From NCBI GenBank assembly GCA_044229845.1, contig JBGASG010000002.1, positions 384,001 through 448,000 on the forward strand: 64,000 bases of DNA, written 5' to 3'. The notes below the pieces were generated by a model. The model saw nothing but the letters and a program-made list of their open reading frames with translations. It had not been told where the DNA came from and made no database searches. The translations under genes were made by a program, and so were the position numbers. Shown piece by piece: positions 59,527 through 64,000 of the stretch. The stretch is from Candidatus Obscuribacteraceae bacterium. GTDB lineage: Bacteria; Cyanobacteriota; Vampirovibrionia; Obscuribacterales; Obscuribacteraceae. The first letter of the stretch is position 1. Each line of letters begins with the position of its first letter.

Positions 59527-60323
59527 TCTGGCACCGCCGACAACGGGGCAGTTTCCACATTTGAAGTCTGCTGCAACGATACCTGTTCAGTTTGCGGCGC
59601 GCAAGCGGATTCGCCATCAGTTTCGTCGGCAGACGTGTCCTTGATTATATGTCCGTCCTTTATATGAATGACTCGACGGGCGTGGGAGGCTACTTCGGCA
59701 TCGTGGGTAACGATCACCACGGTGACGCCGCTCTCTACAAGCGCGTTAATCAACCGCATGATGTCAGCGGCTGTATTGCTGTCCAAAGCGCCGGTCGGTT
59801 CGTCGGCGAGTAACAAACGCGGGTTGTTAGCCAGCGCCCGGGCAATCGAAACGCGCTGCTGCTGTCCACCCGACAATTGGTTGGGACGATGGTGCATGCG
59901 CTCAGCCAATCCGACCAACTTCAGACATTCTTTGGCGCGCTCCAATCTATCGGCTTTCTTGACGCCGGCATATGTAAGCGGCAGCATCACGTTTTCCAGT
60001 GCTGTCAGCTGCGGCAAGAGGTTGAACTGTTGAAAAATAAATCCGATGGTTGAGTTGCGCACGGCAGCCAGCGCATCGTCATCGAGAGTCTGCACTTCCT
60101 GATCTTCTAGAAAATATTTCCCGGAGGTCGGCTTGTCGAGACAGCCGACGACATTCATCAGTGTCGACTTGCCTGAACCGGACGTGCCCATGATCGCCAC
60201 ATATTCGCCTTGCTTGATGCGCAAAGAAACGCCACCGAGAGCCTGCAACAACTCAGAGCCCATCAAGTATTCCTTGCGAATATCCGACAATTCGATCAGT
60301 GTTTTTTGGGTTTCCGCAGTCAT
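59487..60323 (-). CDS. ABC transporter ATPase (MacB/LolD type)
   Basis: GTSGSGKST, LSGGQQQRV, ADEPTGALD, VTHD. Confidence 0.96.
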   Translation of the reverse strand: MTAETQKTLIELSDIRKEYLMGSELLQALGGVSLRIKQGEYVAIMGTSGSGKSTLMNVVGCLDKPTSGKYFLEDQEVQTLDDDALAAVRNSTIGFIFQQFNLLPQLTALENVMLPLTYAGVKKADRLERAKECLKLVGLAERMHHRPNQLSGGQQQRVSIARALANNPRLLLADEPTGALDSNTAADIMRLINALVESGVTVVIVTHDAEVASHARRVIHIKDGHIIKDTSADETDGESACAPQTEQVSLQQTSNVETAPLSAVPDCTNNSFAPSYSD

Positions 60324-61552
60324 CAGTCGGTCCTCAAAGCAATAATGGGATCCAGGCGAGCCGCTCGGTTTGCGGGATAGATGCCGAAGAACAATCCGAT
60401 GCAGAGCGCCACTGCGAAGGAGATGACGATCGATTCGTTGGAGACAACGGCCGTCCAGTTGGCAAAGCTGGTGATGGCTTGCGAGCCGGCGATACCAACA
60501 ATGATGCCGAGGACACCTCCGGCAAGCGACAGGCAGGTTGCTTCCAGAACAAACTGCATCAGAATGTGCCAGTAGCGAGCCCCGATCGCCTTGCGAATGC
60601 CGATCTCTCGCGTCCGCTCGCTCACAGAGACAAGCATTATGTTCATGATACCGATGCCACCAACCAGCAGCGAGATACTGGCTGTGGCGCCGAGCAAGAG
60701 TGAGAAAATCTGCGTTACTTGATCAGCGGTTTGCATGATGTCTTGTTGGGTGCGCAGCATAAAATCATCTTCCAGCGGCGGCTGTATATTGTGCCGCAGA
60801 CGCAACAGGTTGGTTATCTGAAACTGCGCCGAATCCACCTCTTCTTCAGATTTTGCCTTGACTAAAATCTGGCGGACATTGCGTCCCGTCACCGTGTTCA
60901 ATCCGAACAACGTGTTATAACCAGTCGTCAGCGGTACAAAGACACAATCATCCATGTCGCCCATGGCACCGGCACCTTTGCCCTCCATGACACCTATCAC
61001 TTCAAACAATTCGCCTCGAATCAAAATCGTTTTGCCAATCGGATCTTCTCTGCCGAAAAGGTTGGTGACCACCGTGGTGCCGAGCACCGCAACCCGTGCG
61101 GCTTGCTGCACTTCGGCATCGCTAAAGAACCGGCCGCGCTGCGCATAGAAGTTGCGGATATCCTGGTGACTCGGTTCGGTACCTGTAACCTGGGTGTTAG
61201 TATTGTTGGGACCATACTGAATCTGGTAGCTGGCATTGTAAACCGGCGCCACATCGGCGACGGCCGGCACCGAGTTTTTGATAGCCAGCGCATCATCATA
61301 GGTCAAAGTCGCAGAGCTGCCGCCACCCATGGCGATTCCACCTGAGCTTGCCTGTCCGGGTCGGATAGTGATCAAGTTGACTCCCAGGGATTGAATCTGC
61401 TTCTGCGCCTGCACTTGCGCACCTTTGCCGACTGCCAGAAGGGTGATTACGGAACCGATGCCGATCACGATGCCCAGCACGGTCAATCCGGTGCGCAGCT
61501 TGTTGCTGATCAAGCCTTGCCAGGCGATTAAGACAAGTTCGCTGAATGACAC
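60323..61552 (-). CDS. MacB-like ABC permease
   Basis: RTGLTVLGIVIG, SLLVGGIGIMNIMLVSVSERTREIGIRKAIGA, LDPIIALR. Confidence 0.96.
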   Translation of the reverse strand: MSFSELVLIAWQGLISNKLRTGLTVLGIVIGIGSVITLLAVGKGAQVQAQKQIQSLGVNLITIRPGQASSGGIAMGGGSSATLTYDDALAIKNSVPAVADVAPVYNASYQIQYGPNNTNTQVTGTEPSHQDIRNFYAQRGRFFSDAEVQQAARVAVLGTTVVTNLFGREDPIGKTILIRGELFEVIGVMEGKGAGAMGDMDDCVFVPLTTGYNTLFGLNTVTGRNVRQILVKAKSEEEVDSAQFQITNLLRLRHNIQPPLEDDFMLRTQQDIMQTADQVTQIFSLLLGATASISLLVGGIGIMNIMLVSVSERTREIGIRKAIGARYWHILMQFVLEATCLSLAGGVLGIIVGIAGSQAITSFANWTAVVSNESIVISFAVALCIGLFFGIYPANRAARLDPIIALRTD

Positions 61553-61554
61553 GG

Positions 61555-63111
61555 TTACATACCTCCGCGTCGTCCGCCGCCCATACCACGGCCGCCCCCA
61601 CCCATGCCGGGAATGCCGCCCATTCCGCGACCGCCGCCACCACCGCCGCTGCCGTAGCCAAATTTGCCTAATTGCTCTTTATTCAAGCTCATAGCAATTC
61701 GGTCACCATCTGTGATGCCGGCGCGAATGACGGTACGATTATTGATGCTCGGTCCAACCGTGACCGGCTTCCATTCAGGTTCGCCGCTGCCGGTCTTGGG
61801 CATTACGAGCAAACCGGTTTGACCTTTGCGAGAAACAATTGCCACGGTCGGAACCAGCAGCACATCGTCTTCATGCCCGGCAATAAAGTAGGAACTGACG
61901 TTCATTCCGGAGAGCAAATCTTGCGTGCGGTCCAGCGAAGCATGGACTTCGAAGGTCGTCACATTCTGGTTGATAATCGCTTCCGGAGCAATTTGTGTGA
62001 CCACACCTTTGAAGGATTTATCGGGCATCGCATTCGGACGAATTTCGACCTTCTGTCCCAGTTTGATTTTGGCGATGTCTGATTCGGCGACCTGTGCCAC
62101 CATCTCCAATGGCGCCGATAACGCGATAATCGAACTCGATGTTGCCGACGTGGTAGCCGCCGATGTGGTCGGTGTGACAATTGCGCCTTCATCAGCATAC
62201 TTTTGAGTTACCACTCCGGAAAATGGAGCGCGCACCAGGTCGTCATCGACTTGAATCTGCAGCGCCTTCATGTTGGCCTCGGCTTGCAGCATCTGCTGCT
62301 CAGCTGACGCTATGTCCTCTTCGCGATTGCCGACGGTGACTAGATTTTGTTGTTCTTTTATGGCGCTTGCATCAGCTTCCGCTTGCCCGACCGCCACTTG
62401 CGCCTGACGCAATTCGTCCTGCGCCATCTTCAATTGCGTGTCGCTTACCACCGCTTGGGTGGCTGCGTTCAACCGATCTTGATCGGAAATAGCACCATTC
62501 TGGGCAAGAAACGTTTGCCGGTCCGCATTCACCTTGTCTCGATTGGCTGCTGCCGCCATTGATTTGATTTGCAAGGTCAAGCGAGAAACATTTTCCTTCG
62601 CTGCACTAACTGCTTTCTGCGCTTTCAAAGTTTGAAATCCGGCGGCAGCGATTTCCTGTGGACGGCTACCGCGCTTGGCCTTGTTGTAGTTGGCGACGGC
62701 GCCCAGATAAGCGGCTCGCGCGGCTTCCAATTGAGCGCGCAAATTACTGTCGTCCATCTGCGCAATCGGCTGACCAGCCTCGATGTAATCGCCTTGCTTG
62801 ACGAACATCTTCTTGATCAGTCCCGTCTGCTTCGGGCTCACCTTCACCTGGGTGGTTGGACGGATAACACCAGTGGCGGTGACACGCACGTCGACATCAC
62901 CGCGTTTGACCACAAAAGTAGACTGATATCCGTCGGCTGCAGATGCCTGTTGCTGCTGCCACACTGTGTATCCGATGGCTGAGATGGCGACGACTAACGC
63001 CAACCCAGTCACTGCCCACGCCCAGCGGGGAAACTTCTTGAAAGCGATCATCTTCGGCATCTTCAGCTGCGGCACAGCTTGCAGTCTCTCGGCTACTTTT
63101 ATTTGCATCAT
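61555..63111 (-). CDS. MacA-like periplasmic adaptor with Gly/Met/Arg-rich tail
   Basis: TM anchor, VKQGDYI, VRAPFSGVV, long coiled coil; start uncertain (63060-63252). Confidence 0.92.
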   Translation of the reverse strand: MMQIKVAERLQAVPQLKMPKMIAFKKFPRWAWAVTGLALVVAISAIGYTVWQQQQASAADGYQSTFVVKRGDVDVRVTATGVIRPTTQVKVSPKQTGLIKKMFVKQGDYIEAGQPIAQMDDSNLRAQLEAARAAYLGAVANYNKAKRGSRPQEIAAAGFQTLKAQKAVSAAKENVSRLTLQIKSMAAAANRDKVNADRQTFLAQNGAISDQDRLNAATQAVVSDTQLKMAQDELRQAQVAVGQAEADASAIKEQQNLVTVGNREEDIASAEQQMLQAEANMKALQIQVDDDLVRAPFSGVVTQKYADEGAIVTPTTSAATTSATSSSIIALSAPLEMVAQVAESDIAKIKLGQKVEIRPNAMPDKSFKGVVTQIAPEAIINQNVTTFEVHASLDRTQDLLSGMNVSSYFIAGHEDDVLLVPTVAIVSRKGQTGLLVMPKTGSGEPEWKPVTVGPSINNRTVIRAGITDGDRIAMSLNKEQLGKFGYGSGGGGGGRGMGGIPGMGGGGRGMGGGRRGGM

Positions 63112-63335
63112 TGCTTGGGCATCCTGCGCATACAAAGGAAGCGGACGGCGACTACTCGCCCATCCTGGGTCTATCGACGCCGCGATCGCCGCTATGTTTC
63201 TGCCTGGTGCAGCTTTCATGAAAATCGCCGGCGACGCTGATTGCCTCGTCATGTTCCCACACCGTCAAGCGCTCACTTGTCAGCCGGTTCTCAAGCTCAC
63301 ACTGGCAGCCGAAGCCCTCTACCGATCAGCAAATA

Positions 63336-63399
63336 CTCAAGTGATATCACTTGGGCATTTCAGTTCTTTGCGCCCACGTGATATCACTTGGGCATTTCA
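63336..63399. repeat. Two palindromic motif copies forming a 22-bp direct repeat
   Basis: GTGATATCACTTGGGCATTTCA at 63341 and 63378; its first 18 bp are identical to 5545-5562. Confidence 0.85.
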
Positions 63400-63451
63400 A
63401 GAGTAGCGCAATGCCGTAAAATCGAACCGTCTCATATAGGTGGGAAACCAA

Positions 63452-64000
63452 ATGGAAATGGACGCCAAGGCGTGGGATGAGCGTTATGTGACTGGCACAC
63501 GGGAGTCGCTGCCGTGGGACACAGGTGAACCTGCTCCTGAGTTGGTGGCGTACTTCAAGACTCTCGATGGCGCACCATCGAGGGTTCTCGAAATCGGTTG
63601 CGGCACTGGCACCAACGCCATCTGGATGGCTAAGCAAGGCGCCGACGTGATCGCCACTGATGTTTCTGCGCAGGCAGTAGCCACCGCCAATGAGAAAGCC
63701 CAAAAGGCAGACTGCGCAAGAGTTCAGTTTGTCGTCGAAGACATTTTGGTGAAGTGCCCTGTGGCGGCCGCCTCAGTCGACTTTGTTTTCGATCGCGGCG
63801 TTTTTCATGTGATGGAAGTAAGCGCGAGAAGTGCGTTTGCCCAACGCGTTGCGGAAGCCCTGGCAGACGGAGGCTTCTGGCTCTGTCTGGCGGGCTGCGC
63901 GGATGAAGTACGGGAGAACCTTAACGAAGGTCCGCCTCAACTCAAGGCGCAGGAGGTAATTGATGTAGTGGAAAAGCACTTCGAGATTCATAAACTTGAG
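63452..64000 (+). CDS. Class I SAM-dependent methyltransferase (TPMT-like), truncated by window edge
   Basis: Manual translation MEMDAKAWDERY...LPWDTGEP...VLEIGCGTG...DFVFDRGVFH. Confidence 0.9.
   Translation, partial: MEMDAKAWDERYVTGTRESLPWDTGEPAPELVAYFKTLDGAPSRVLEIGCGTGTNAIWMAKQGADVIATDVSAQAVATANEKAQKADCARVQFVVEDILVKCPVAAASVDFVFDRGVFHVMEVSARSAFAQRVAEALADGGFWLCLAGCADEVRENLNEGPPQLKAQEVIDVVEKHFEIHKLE

Overview
A 64-kb, fairly GC-rich, gene-dense bacterial chromosome segment. Cyanobacteria-like GroES/GroEL and SepF, no photosynthesis genes in the window, and several membrane Ser/Thr kinases suggest a non-photosynthetic cyanobacterial relative (Melainabacteria/Vampirovibrionia, Obscuribacterales-like); this is inference. 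Housekeeping genes (groESL, accDA, rsmE, yggS-sepF, obgE, pheST, pyrD, dsbD, bcp, 5' part of glgE) are mixed with two efflux systems (TetR-MFP-RND-TolC and a split MacAB-type ABC), two M23 peptidases, a GH1 hydrolase and two tandem GT-C-like membrane proteins. I found no tRNA, rRNA, CRISPR-cas, prophage or intact IS. Main leads: (1) an intergenic palindrome AAG(C/T)GATATC(A/G)CTT, seven copies at four loci, including a 40-bp-phased triplet upstream of groES; (2) a membrane protein with duplicated Roadblock/MglB modules and three acidic repeats; (3) three apparent pseudo-enzymes (ArgH paralogue lacking catalytic residues, GAEEF-type GGDEF protein with intact I-site, pseudokinase beside an intact kinase); (4) a candidate structured ncRNA between rsmE and yggS; (5) an orphan IS2-like OrfA gene that looks domesticated. 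All calls come from reading motifs by eye; no database searches were run.
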